A DNA stretch of 64,000 nucleotides from Candidatus Moraniibacteriota bacterium (lineage in GTDB: Bacteria; Patescibacteriota; Minisyncoccia; Moranbacterales; UBA2206). The translations under genes were made by a program, and so were the position numbers. The number at the start of each line of letters is the position of its first letter. Positions within the stretch are counted from its first letter, which is position 1. The stretch spans positions 35,228 through 99,227 of the forward strand of contig JBAQNM010000005.1 of assembly GCA_049303795.1 (NCBI GenBank), given 5' to 3'. Under the pieces are notes generated by a model. That model saw nothing but the letters and a program-made list of their open reading frames with translations. It searched no databases and was not told the origin of the DNA. Shown piece after piece: positions 47,742 through 56,717 of this stretch.

Positions 47742-48284
47742 TTATTTTATTCTTCCGTCTTTTAAAGCGTTTAGAATTCCAGTTAAAATATCTGTCGGTG
47801 TCGGAGGATCGCCTGGAATTTTAATATGCACCGGAATCACATTTTCCACCGGCCCCACTACCGCATAGGAATCCTTCCAAATTCCTCCATCGCAAGCTCC
47901 ATCTCCAATAGCCACCACAATACAAGGCTTTGGGACAGCTTCATAGGTCGTCAGCAAGGCTCTTTCAAGATTTCTAGTTACTGAACCACTAACAAACAAA
48001 ATATCGGCGTGACGCGGAGATGCTACAAAACTCAAACCAAATCTATCAATATCATAATAAGCATTGCCAAGAGCAGTCAGTTCTATCTCTTCAGCATTTG
48101 TCGAACCGGCGTCCACTGCTCGAATACGCAATGATCTGCCACCATAAAGATTTTTGATAATATCTTTTATTTCTTTTCCGGTTTTTTCAAAAGTAGCTTT
48201 TTTTTCGGATAAGAAAAAATCCTCTTTCTTTTGGGTAACTTTTTTTCCAAACAATAATATATTTATTAGTCCTAAAGTTTTCAT
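47742..48284 (-). CDS. NuoB/hydrogenase-small-subunit-like protein lacking 3 of 4 Fe-S cysteine ligands
   Basis: RFGLSFVASPRHADILFVSGSVTRN...PKPCIVVAIGDGACDGG is strongly NuoB-like. The CCxxE motif reads AVDAGSTNAEE and PGCPP reads PGDPP. Confidence 0.8.
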   Translation of the reverse strand: MKTLGLINILLFGKKVTQKKEDFFLSEKKATFEKTGKEIKDIIKNLYGGRSLRIRAVDAGSTNAEEIELTALGNAYYDIDRFGLSFVASPRHADILFVSGSVTRNLERALLTTYEAVPKPCIVVAIGDGACDGGIWKDSYAVVGPVENVIPVHIKIPGDPPTPTDILTGILNALKDGRIK

Positions 48285-48366
48285 AATATCAATTTAATTC
48301 AAAACAAATAAAAAAGCGGTGTCAACCGAAATAATAAGCTATGCTATTTTTCATCAATCAACTACT

Positions 48367-48394
48367 ATATTACTCTTCCGAATAAAAATGTCAA
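48367..48394 (-). promoter_or_regulatory. Candidate promoter of the Ehr-like operon in the atpF2-nuoB-like gap
   Basis: Minus strand: TTGACA (48394-48389), 16-bp spacer, TAATAT (48372-48367). Confidence 0.45.
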
Positions 48395-48458
48395 TATTTA
48401 TAAAAAACAAAAACTTTTCATCACAAACATACTCCAATACGTTTCCATTCCAAGCCCC

Positions 48459-48947
48459 CTAGAGCATAGCTTTTTCAATTATTTCTTTGTCTTTTTGAGA
48501 ATCTAATTTTTCATAAATTATTTTTTCCGTAGCCACTATAACTAAATTAGCAATCTCCGCTCTTACTTCAGAAAGCATTTTTGTCTTCTCTTGATCAATA
48601 TTCTCCTTAGCATCTTCAATCATTTTCTTATTCTGTTCTTTTGCCTGATTTAGCACATCTTCAGAAATCCTGATCGCATCCTCCCTGGATTTTTTGATAA
48701 TTTCCTGCGCTTCCTTCTTGGCTACTGTTAATACTTCTTTTTCCTGTAAAGTTATTTCTTCTAATTTTTCCGAGGCCTCCTTGGAATCTTTGAGACCTTT
48801 CTCGATCTTTCTTGTTCTGTCGTTGAGTGTTTTTAGAATCGGTTTATAGGCGAATTTATACAACACTAAAAGAACAATGATAAAATTTACCATTTGTGCC
48901 AGAAGCAAATTAATCTCAATGTGAAATGTTTTTATTAGTTCATCCAT
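48459..48947 (-). CDS. Second copy of F-type ATP synthase subunit b
   Basis: 162 aa. N-terminal TM (LLAQMVNFIIVLLVLYKFAY) then a long charged helix. Same LLAQ..NF..L motif as atpF at 37920-38414. Confidence 0.7.
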   Translation of the reverse strand: MDELIKTFHIEINLLLAQMVNFIIVLLVLYKFAYKPILKTLNDRTRKIEKGLKDSKEASEKLEEITLQEKEVLTVAKKEAQEIIKKSREDAIRISEDVLNQAKEQNKKMIEDAKENIDQEKTKMLSEVRAEIANLVIVATEKIIYEKLDSQKDKEIIEKAML

Positions 48948-49024
48948 AAAAATAAATTTATAATTTTTAATTCTATAACAATCTCATTTCGATTCCGTCG
49001 AAACGGAACCAAAGAAAACTACTA

Positions 49025-49249
<225 letters not shown>

Positions 49250-49328
49250 TTATTTTAGAAGTCGACTCGATTTTTTATTTTAAAGTCGCTTGAAAAATAA
49301 AATTTAAAAAAATTAATTAACTAAAAAA

Positions 49329-50180
49329 TTAATGCTCTGCGTGACTTTCTGAGGCTATTGTCATAAAAACCATTGTGAGTATCGCAAATATGAGAGCCTG
49401 AATTATTCCAACAATTATCTCTAAAAACATAAATGGTAACGGCAGAAAATAAGCAAAAATAGCCATCATCGAAGCTAAAAGTACTTCGCCAGCAAAAATA
49501 TTTCCAAAGAGCCTGAAGGTAAGAGAGGCTGTTTTTGCCACCTCGCCAATAAGCTCCACAATACCCACAAAAGCTTTAATTGGATTGACAAGTATTATGG
49601 AAAAATCTTTTTTTATCTTTCCTGGAATTTCCAAGAATGCTTCAAAATTAATAAATTTATTCAGATGTTTCCAAATTCCAATTGCTAGAATTCCCGCAAT
49701 ATGAGAAGCAACAATTGCGAAAAGTGCCAAAGCCAATGTAGTGTTGATGTCGGCCGTAGCCCCTCGAAGAATCGGCACAAAAACTCTATGCACTCCGTCA
49801 ACTTCGTTAAAACCGATTGTTCCAAAGCCTGGCAAAAGCCCGAGCCAATTATTCACTAAAATAAATAGAAAAAGGGCTAGCGAAATTGGCAGAAACTTTT
49901 CAGTCTTTTTCCTCTCTCCGGTGATGCTATCTCCCAACTCTAAGGCTTTTTCAAGAATTATTTCAAAAATATTTTGAATTCCATCAGGAATCCTTTTGAG
50001 TTTTTTGCCGGCTAGAATGAAAACAACAACTAGAATAAAAACTGCTATCCAGCCAGAAATCAAAGAATTGGTAACAACAAATTCGCCAATATGAAAAACC
50101 GGCTCAGCAAATAAAGTTGCCTCGTGAGAAAACTCCTGATTCAAATTTCCATTATTATTTTGTGGTTGATGTTCTGCCAT
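49329..50180 (-). CDS. Second copy of F-type ATP synthase subunit a
   Basis: FRLFGNIFAGEVLLASMMAIFAYFLPLPF with the essential Arg. 283 aa. Confidence 0.85.
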   Translation of the reverse strand: MAEHQPQNNNGNLNQEFSHEATLFAEPVFHIGEFVVTNSLISGWIAVFILVVVFILAGKKLKRIPDGIQNIFEIILEKALELGDSITGERKKTEKFLPISLALFLFILVNNWLGLLPGFGTIGFNEVDGVHRVFVPILRGATADINTTLALALFAIVASHIAGILAIGIWKHLNKFINFEAFLEIPGKIKKDFSIILVNPIKAFVGIVELIGEVAKTASLTFRLFGNIFAGEVLLASMMAIFAYFLPLPFMFLEIIVGIIQALIFAILTMVFMTIASESHAEH

Positions 50181-50183
50181 ATA

Positions 50184-50465
50184 TTATTTTTTTGATATTA
50201 CATTCTTTCTTTTTTCCTCATCCTTATTCTCGATTCTTTTCATCTCCTTAATTGCATCTCTTGTTATTCCCACTGTTGAAATAATAAAAGCAAATCCGAT
50301 ACAAAGAAGAAATAGCCATGGCTCAGTTTTATATTTTTTATCCAACCACCTACCAATAAAAAGAGCAAAAATAACTGGCCCTGCAATCCAACCAGAAAGT
50401 CGATAAAATAAAACCAAACCTGGCTGCCACCAAGGCGCCGTAGATTTTTGTTTTTCTTTTTCCAT
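50184..50465 (-). CDS. AtpZ/AtpI-like small membrane protein preceding the second Fo gene set
   Basis: Start taken at internal MEKEKQK. WWQPGLVLFYRLSGWIAGPVIFALFIGRWLDKKY resembles the AtpZ pattern of 39528-39782. The track ORF extends to 50528. Confidence 0.45.
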   Translation of the reverse strand: MEKEKQKSTAPWWQPGLVLFYRLSGWIAGPVIFALFIGRWLDKKYKTEPWLFLLCIGFAFIISTVGITRDAIKEMKRIENKDEEKRKNVISKK

Positions 50466-50579
50466 ATTGAAAAAATATTTAGTATATAAATCAATATATA
50501 TTGTGAAGCAGGATTGCGAAAATGTCAATGGTCTGAAATTTTTTAAAATCCTTTTTTAGGTTTCGCTAAGCATGAAAAT

Positions 50580-51410
50580 TTATATTCCAAAGAGTTTTCT
50601 GGCATTTTTAGTTGTCACATCCGCAACTTCTTCTAATGAAATTTCCTTAATCTGACTTATTTTTTGCGCCACATACTTCACATAAATCGGCTCGTTTCGC
50701 TCACTTTTTTTTGGCACAGGAGTAAGATAAGGACAATCCGTTTCTAGGATAATATTTTGCAAATCAATCTCGTGAATAAGTTTATCATAACTTATCCCAT
50801 AAGTGATTATGCCATTAAGTCCGATTTTATACCCGAGTTCAATAAATTTTTTGGCGGTTTTGTGACTTCCTACAAAACTATGGATTACGCCTTTTTTTTC
50901 AACTGGGTTTTTTTCTAGTATTTCATATAAATCATCATACGCGTCCCAACAATGAATCATAATCGGTTTTTCCACAACATTCGCCAACTTGATAAATTCC
51001 AAAAATATTTCTTTTTGCTTGGTTTTCAATTTCTCTATTTCATCACCATCATCGAAATGATGATAATCCAAACCAACCTCTCCAATTGCCACTACTTTTG
51101 GATTTTTTGCTAACTCCAAATATTTCTCTTTTTCAAAAATTTCTCCGGTAGTTTCAATTTCCACCTCCTCGATTTCATTCGGGTCATGATAGGAAAATTT
51201 TTGCGCCTGAAGATGAAGAGGATGGATTCCCACAGCCGCCCAGACTCCGGTTTCATATTTTTCAGCATATTCCACCGCTCGAACACTTGTCGAATATTGC
51301 GAACCAATATTAATAATAAAAACACCCTCTGCGAGAGTTTTTTTTATCACTTCATCCGCGTCATTTTTATAGGCGGAAAAATTCAAGTGGGCATGAGTGT
51401 CGATTAGCAT
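50580..51410 (-). CDS. tatD: TatD-family metal-dependent hydrolase (DNase)
   Basis: MLIDTHAHLNF N-terminus, GLDYHH and C-terminal TDCPYL motifs of the TatD TIM-barrel. Confidence 0.9.
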   Translation of the reverse strand: MLIDTHAHLNFSAYKNDADEVIKKTLAEGVFIINIGSQYSTSVRAVEYAEKYETGVWAAVGIHPLHLQAQKFSYHDPNEIEEVEIETTGEIFEKEKYLELAKNPKVVAIGEVGLDYHHFDDGDEIEKLKTKQKEIFLEFIKLANVVEKPIMIHCWDAYDDLYEILEKNPVEKKGVIHSFVGSHKTAKKFIELGYKIGLNGIITYGISYDKLIHEIDLQNIILETDCPYLTPVPKKSERNEPIYVKYVAQKISQIKEISLEEVADVTTKNARKLFGI

Positions 51411-51413
51411 AAA

Positions 51414-51863
51414 TTAAATTCCAATAATTCTAACTTTCTTATAACTCGCAAAAGCTTCTTTTTTATTTTTAATTCTATCATTCAAAGTGAAAATATAAAT
51501 CTGATCAAAGCCAAGATAATAGGCTTTCACTAAATTATCTGCATTAATAAAACACTCTACATTGCCAGCCATAAGCACCGGGATTACTAATTTTATATTT
51601 TTATTCTCTAATTTCTTTTGCAGATTATTTTTTTCTTTCTTCAAGACATTTTTGACAATCTCCTTTTCTTCCTTGTCTTTTGTAACTCTCCCGTATTCAC
51701 AATATTTTATCTCGTACCCTGCCTTCACCAAGGCGCTACTAATTTGCGTTCCGCCACCACAAATAACCACAACGTTATTTTCTTTCGCCTTATCTTTTAC
51801 AAATTCAATAAATTTTTCATTATTCAAAACATCGCCTGACGCTTTAATTAGAATGTTTTTCAT
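51414..51863 (-). CDS. Minimal amino-acid-kinase-fold protein (149 aa), function unclear
   Basis: ILIKASGDVL and VVVICGGGTQIS resemble the AAK N-lobe (K.GG / vHGGG). VIPVLMAGNVECFINADNLVKAYYLGFDQIYIFTLND resembles the nucleotide-lobe region. Far shorter than PyrH/ArgB. Confidence 0.45.
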   Translation of the reverse strand: MKNILIKASGDVLNNEKFIEFVKDKAKENNVVVICGGGTQISSALVKAGYEIKYCEYGRVTKDKEEKEIVKNVLKKEKNNLQKKLENKNIKLVIPVLMAGNVECFINADNLVKAYYLGFDQIYIFTLNDRIKNKKEAFASYKKVRIIGI

Positions 51864-51870
51864 ATGAAAA

Positions 51871-53289
51871 TCATTTTATCCTTTGAAATAATATTTCAGT
51901 TTTTTTATTTTCTAACGCCTGCTTTATTTTTTCCGAAGTCTCCGGCATAAGTGGAGCTAGTGATTGCGAAATTAAATTCAAATCTTCCAAAAGCTTTTTC
52001 ATCACCTCTTCGAATTTTTCCGAGTTCTCTTTTATTAACTTCCAAGGCTTATTATCATCAATATATTTATTTGCTTCAGTAATTTTTTTCCAAATATATT
52101 CCAACACTTGGCCAAGTTCCATTTTTTCAATCAATTTTCCAAAAGCTAAATTTTCAACTTCAGATAATTCAAGTTTTGGATTATAATCCAATCCCTCTCC
52201 AAGCTTAATTACTCTAGAAACTAAATTCCCCAATCCATTCGCCAAATCCGCATTATATTTTTCAATCATTCCATTCCAATTTAAATCGCTATCTTCACCG
52301 AAGCTACCAAAGGCTAAAAGAAGATATCTCGCGCCATCTATGCCGAATTTTTCCACCATTTCATAGGGCGAAATGACATTACCCAAACTCTTACTCATCT
52401 TTTGACCATTGACTGTAATAAAACCATTCACAAAAATTTGTGTGGAAGCAGGAAGATTGACTGACATAAGCATAGCTTGCCACATAGCAGCTTGCGGACG
52501 AAGATTATCCTTTCCACACACTTGAACTCCTGGCCACCATTTTTCAAAACTTTCCAAATTTTCCGGCCAGCCAATAGCAGAAATATAATTTACCAATGCA
52601 TCAAACCAAACATACATGACTTGATTTTCATCATTGGGTACCGGCACACCCCATGGCATTTTATCCTTTAATCTCGAAATGCTAAAATCCTGAAGACCTC
52701 CTTCTAAAAAAGATTTGGCCTCGTTGAATCTTTTTTTTGGAAATACAAGTTTCGGATTGCTTTTGTATAATTCGGCTAATTTTTCTTGAAAAGCGCTATA
52801 GCGAAAAAAATAATTTTCTTCTTCTATAATTTCCAATTCCATATTTGGATGATCTGGACATTTCTCATCAACCAACTCTGAATCAGTTTTTTCCAATTCA
52901 CAGCCTACGCAATATTTTATTTTATAATTCTTTTTATAGATATACCCGTTTTTATCGCAAATCCTCCAAAATTCCTGCGCCGCCTTTATGTGTTTTTCAT
53001 CTGTTGTTCGAATAAAATTATTATAACTCAAATTGAGTGCTATTTTTAATTTATCGAATTCTAATGCTTTTTTATCACAATACTCCTGTACATTCATTCC
53101 TAATTCTTCTGCTTTTCGAAAAATCTTTAGCCCATGTTCATCGGTTCCAGTGTTAAAAAAAACCTCATCGCCATTAGCCCCATGAAAGCGCGCCATAACA
53201 TCTGCCTCAATAATCTCTCTAGCAAATCCAACATGCGGATCAGCATTAATATAGGGCAGTGTTGTTGTGATATAAAATTTATTCTTCAT
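51871..53289 (-). CDS. metG: Methionyl-tRNA synthetase (short form)
   Basis: TTLPYINADPHVGFA (HIGH-region variant). KMSKSLGN. Zn knuckle CVGCELE..CPDH. 472 aa. Confidence 0.9.
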   Translation of the reverse strand: MKNKFYITTTLPYINADPHVGFAREIIEADVMARFHGANGDEVFFNTGTDEHGLKIFRKAEELGMNVQEYCDKKALEFDKLKIALNLSYNNFIRTTDEKHIKAAQEFWRICDKNGYIYKKNYKIKYCVGCELEKTDSELVDEKCPDHPNMELEIIEEENYFFRYSAFQEKLAELYKSNPKLVFPKKRFNEAKSFLEGGLQDFSISRLKDKMPWGVPVPNDENQVMYVWFDALVNYISAIGWPENLESFEKWWPGVQVCGKDNLRPQAAMWQAMLMSVNLPASTQIFVNGFITVNGQKMSKSLGNVISPYEMVEKFGIDGARYLLLAFGSFGEDSDLNWNGMIEKYNADLANGLGNLVSRVIKLGEGLDYNPKLELSEVENLAFGKLIEKMELGQVLEYIWKKITEANKYIDDNKPWKLIKENSEKFEEVMKKLLEDLNLISQSLAPLMPETSEKIKQALENKKTEILFQRIK

Positions 53290-54103
53290 TTTTTTTCAAA
53301 TTTAATTTACCTTTTATCTTTTCTTGTTGGCCTTGCACAATTTCCAGAAAATTTAACATACCCAAACCAAAAACAAAATATCCTGCCATCCAAATGACAT
53401 CTATGGCCATTTTAAGCATAGCATTTATATCATATGCGTCTTTATTGGCTGAAAAAAGAACATCCGCCACAAGCAAAATTGAATAACTAAGCGTGGTGAG
53501 AATCCATGGACTAAACATTTTTCCGCCTTTATACTCAATTGTTATTACCAAAATCAAAAAACATCCAAAAATCAAAATTAGATCTCCAATCCCATACAAC
53601 ATCGAAACAACATTACTAGCCAAACTATCTTCAGGAATATAGGCACTGTAAACTCCATAATAAAAAACTACTCCGGCTGAAATTGAAAGAAGAAAAATAA
53701 ATGGCAAAAATTTCTTGAAAAACCACAATGACCATTTAATCTTTTCTGACCTAATTTTTAATATTATTCCGACTAATGATATCGGATAAACCCCTAAAAA
53801 GAAGAAATCAGCCAGGGAAGGATATGGCTCTATTTTAAAAACATACACAAAGAAAAACCAGACGATTTCTCCAATGCTAAATAACAGCATGCCCAAAACA
53901 AGAAAAAGAATAGAAAAACCTAGTAGGTTCTTTGTTCCTAGATTTTTAAGCAATAAATTACCAACTAAGAAGGCAGAGATTGGAGCAATAAGATAAAGCG
54001 CATCCACTATTATTCCCCAGCTCTCTTGGTCTTGAGAGTAAAATAAGCAATGTAATGCTAATATTACCAGGAAAAATATTGTATATATAAAGGTTTTTTT
54101 CAT
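53279..54103 (-). CDS. Hypothetical polytopic membrane protein (7-8 TM)
   Basis: 274 aa, hydrophobic throughout, no catalytic motif. 11-nt overlap with the metG start. Confidence 0.5.
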   Translation of the reverse strand: MKKTFIYTIFFLVILALHCLFYSQDQESWGIIVDALYLIAPISAFLVGNLLLKNLGTKNLLGFSILFLVLGMLLFSIGEIVWFFFVYVFKIEPYPSLADFFFLGVYPISLVGIILKIRSEKIKWSLWFFKKFLPFIFLLSISAGVVFYYGVYSAYIPEDSLASNVVSMLYGIGDLILIFGCFLILVITIEYKGGKMFSPWILTTLSYSILLVADVLFSANKDAYDINAMLKMAIDVIWMAGYFVFGLGMLNFLEIVQGQQEKIKGKLNLKKNEE

Positions 54104-54321
54104 ATTTTTTTATTTATTATGTTTTTTACTTCTTTTAATTGCTTCTCAGCACTTTTAGGGCCCACCAACTCAAGCAATAGCTCCCCAAGAGAACTTAGAA
54201 TTATATCTGGACTTTTATTACGATAAAACTCCCGATAATAGCCGGCTGTCATTTCTCCCAAATTGGAAGAAATTATCTCGCAAGCCTTACTAATTATAAT
54301 TTCACCATTCTGCTCGCTCAT
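54100..54321 (-). CDS. Hypothetical small protein
   Basis: 73-aa ORF with a 4-nt overlap (ATGA-type coupling) with the downstream membrane protein gene. Confidence 0.4.
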   Translation of the reverse strand: MSEQNGEIIISKACEIISSNLGEMTAGYYREFYRNKSPDIILSSLGELLLELVGPKSAEKQLKEVKNIINKKI

Positions 54322-54448
54322 ATTCTTTAATTTAATAAAAAATTATTTTACCCTATTTTTTATATATAATTATCAATTTCAATATATAGCTATTTGTTTA
54401 ATTTTACTTCACTAAAAATATAATTGCAAATAAAAAAATTACCCGATT

Positions 54449-55141
54449 TCAATAAACAATAACCACAAACTCCCCTTTTACTTTTCCAGTATTTTCCATA
54501 AAATATCCTAGAACCTCATCGACATTTCCCCGCACAATCTCTTCAAACATTTTCGTAAGCTCCCTGCCAATAATAATTTTCTTTTCCGGTGCGAGAGTTT
54601 TTAATAATTCCAGATTCTTAATCACGCGATGAGGAGATTCAAAATAACTAACCGGATATTCTTGAGCAATCACTTCTTTGAAAAAAGTTTCTCGTCCTTT
54701 TTTGTGCGGGGGAAAACCTAAAAATACAAAACGGGTTAAATCAATCCCGGAAACACTCGCCAGAGTTGTCAGCGCTGAGACTCCGGGAATCGGGATAACC
54801 ACAATATTATTTTTCACAGCAGATTCCACCAACTGATTGCCTGGATCAGAAATTCCAGGCGTTCCAGCATCCGTTATTAGCGCTAAATTCTTTCCTGCAA
54901 TTAACTCTGAAATCAAATAATCTAATTTTGGTACTGGCTTTACTGCGCCTTTATTTCTTTGAAATTGGTAGAAAGACGTTGCTTGAGAGGCAATCGCATA
55001 ACGATCAAAAAGTTTTTTTGATGTTCGCGTATCCTCACACACAATCAAATCAACCTTTTGCAAAGTTTCTACTGCTCTATGCGTTATATCCGCTAGATTG
55101 CCAATTGGCGTCGCAACAATGTATAATATACCTGTATCCAT
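54449..55141 (-). CDS. rsmI: 16S rRNA (cytidine1402-2'-O)-methyltransferase RsmI
   Basis: ILYIVATPIGNLADITHRAVETLQKVDLIVCEDTRTSKKL tetrapyrrole-methylase-fold signature of RsmI. Confidence 0.85.
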   Translation of the reverse strand: MDTGILYIVATPIGNLADITHRAVETLQKVDLIVCEDTRTSKKLFDRYAIASQATSFYQFQRNKGAVKPVPKLDYLISELIAGKNLALITDAGTPGISDPGNQLVESAVKNNIVVIPIPGVSALTTLASVSGIDLTRFVFLGFPPHKKGRETFFKEVIAQEYPVSYFESPHRVIKNLELLKTLAPEKKIIIGRELTKMFEEIVRGNVDEVLGYFMENTGKVKGEFVVIVY

Positions 55142-55181
55142 AATTAAAGTTTAGCTTAAAATAAACATCTTATCAACTATT

Positions 55182-55652
55182 ATGATCCTTACTACTCACG
55201 CCTTGACCGGTGCCGTTATTGGAAAGAATATTAGCAACCCATGGATTATCATTATTCTATCACTAATTATCCACTTTATCATGGATAGCTTTCGGCATGG
55301 AGAATATTTCGATTCGCGCACCGCTACAATAAAAGATACTGCTTGGAAAATAATTCTAGACCTATCTTTTAGCGGAGTAATAATCTTGAGCTTTTTGTTT
55401 TTCTATAAACCAGATTTTCATATCACTAGAAATGTCTTGTTAGGTTCTTTTTTTTCCATATTCCCCGATCTCCTCACTGTCCTTTTTTGGAAATTCAAAT
55501 GGAGTTTTTTAGGTAGAATAAAAAATTTCCATGCTTTTTGTCATCGCTATTCAAGATTTCCGGCTTTTTCACATGAGCGTCAGTGGACACTTAGAAATGC
55601 TCTTAATGACATTCTACTTTCTCTTATAGCTCTAGTATTTATTTTTTTGTAA
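55182..55652 (+). CDS. Membrane-bound metal-dependent hydrolase-like protein (DUF457/YdjM-like)
   Basis: N-terminus MILTTHALTGAVIG and His-rich polytopic body (HFIMDSFRHGEY) resembling the YdjM family. Confidence 0.45.
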   Translation: MILTTHALTGAVIGKNISNPWIIIILSLIIHFIMDSFRHGEYFDSRTATIKDTAWKIILDLSFSGVIILSFLFFYKPDFHITRNVLLGSFFSIFPDLLTVLFWKFKWSFLGRIKNFHAFCHRYSRFPAFSHERQWTLRNALNDILLSLIALVFIFL

Positions 55653-55671
55653 TTCTTAGTCGAATTTAAAT

Positions 55672-56697
55672 CTAATTCTTTTCCGCTATTACATCAGAAA
55701 TAAAAAGACTAATCGCCGTTGCGGCCGGAACAGCGATGATTGCACCCAGCGCTCCAGCCAACTTGAAACCAATCAAAATTGCCACAATCGTCGCAACCGG
55801 GTTAAGTCCAACGGCTTTTTTCATTACTTGAGGAACTAAGACATGACTTTCAAATTGTTGGGCAATAAAATAAACTAACATCGCTAGAAATCCCACGGTT
55901 GGAGAGATCAAAAATCCCAAAATTATTCCAGGAACAGCGGAAATGATTGGTCCAACATAAGGCACAACCTCGAGTACTCCAGCAAATATTGCTAAAATTA
56001 AAGCATAAGGAATTCCAATCATATAGAGCCCAATGAAATCCAAAATAGCTATCGTAATCATCAAAAATAATTGTCCGGCCATCCAATTACCAATCTTACT
56101 TTCCACGCGATTAGTCAGATCGGCCGCGTATTCCTTTTTTTTCTCCGGAGCAATTGAAACAATGAATTTTTTTATTCCATCCTCTTCCATTACCATATAG
56201 AAAGCCATCGAAAAAACCACGATAGCAGAAATAACACCAGAAAAAACACCTACTGTTGTAGAAAAAATCTTTTGAGGAATATTAGAAAAACTATCTCCAA
56301 GATTATTTAACATATTTTGAAAATAATGTTTCAATCCATCTGCTTGGAAAATTCCACCAGTCTCACTAACAGAATTTCCCGCTTCGCTAAAATATTGAGC
56401 AGAGCTTTGAGAAAAATCCTGGAATTGCGTCACAATAGGCGGAATAAGAAAGGAAATTATCAAACTAACTATGGAAAATAGAACTATGTAAATAAACATC
56501 GCCCCAATTGATCTGGGAATTTTCTTTTTTTGCAAGAAATCTACAACCGGATCAATTGATGCAGCAATAATAACTGCAAGGAAAAGTAAAACAACAACTT
56601 CCCGCACTAAAAATAAAAACCATAGACCTAAGAGAATTAATATAGTCTTCAAGATAATGCCAGTTGAAATATCGACTTTTCTAGAATTTGTTTCCAT
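55672..56697 (-). CDS. AI-2E family transporter (PerM/UPF0118)
   Basis: 341 aa with 8 TM. Characteristic VLEVVPYVGPIISAVPGIILGF segment. Confidence 0.65.
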   Translation of the reverse strand: METNSRKVDISTGIILKTILILLGLWFLFLVREVVVLLFLAVIIAASIDPVVDFLQKKKIPRSIGAMFIYIVLFSIVSLIISFLIPPIVTQFQDFSQSSAQYFSEAGNSVSETGGIFQADGLKHYFQNMLNNLGDSFSNIPQKIFSTTVGVFSGVISAIVVFSMAFYMVMEEDGIKKFIVSIAPEKKKEYAADLTNRVESKIGNWMAGQLFLMITIAILDFIGLYMIGIPYALILAIFAGVLEVVPYVGPIISAVPGIILGFLISPTVGFLAMLVYFIAQQFESHVLVPQVMKKAVGLNPVATIVAILIGFKLAGALGAIIAVPAATAISLFISDVIAEKN

Positions 56698-56717
56698 TTT
56701 TTTACATCATTAAAAAA

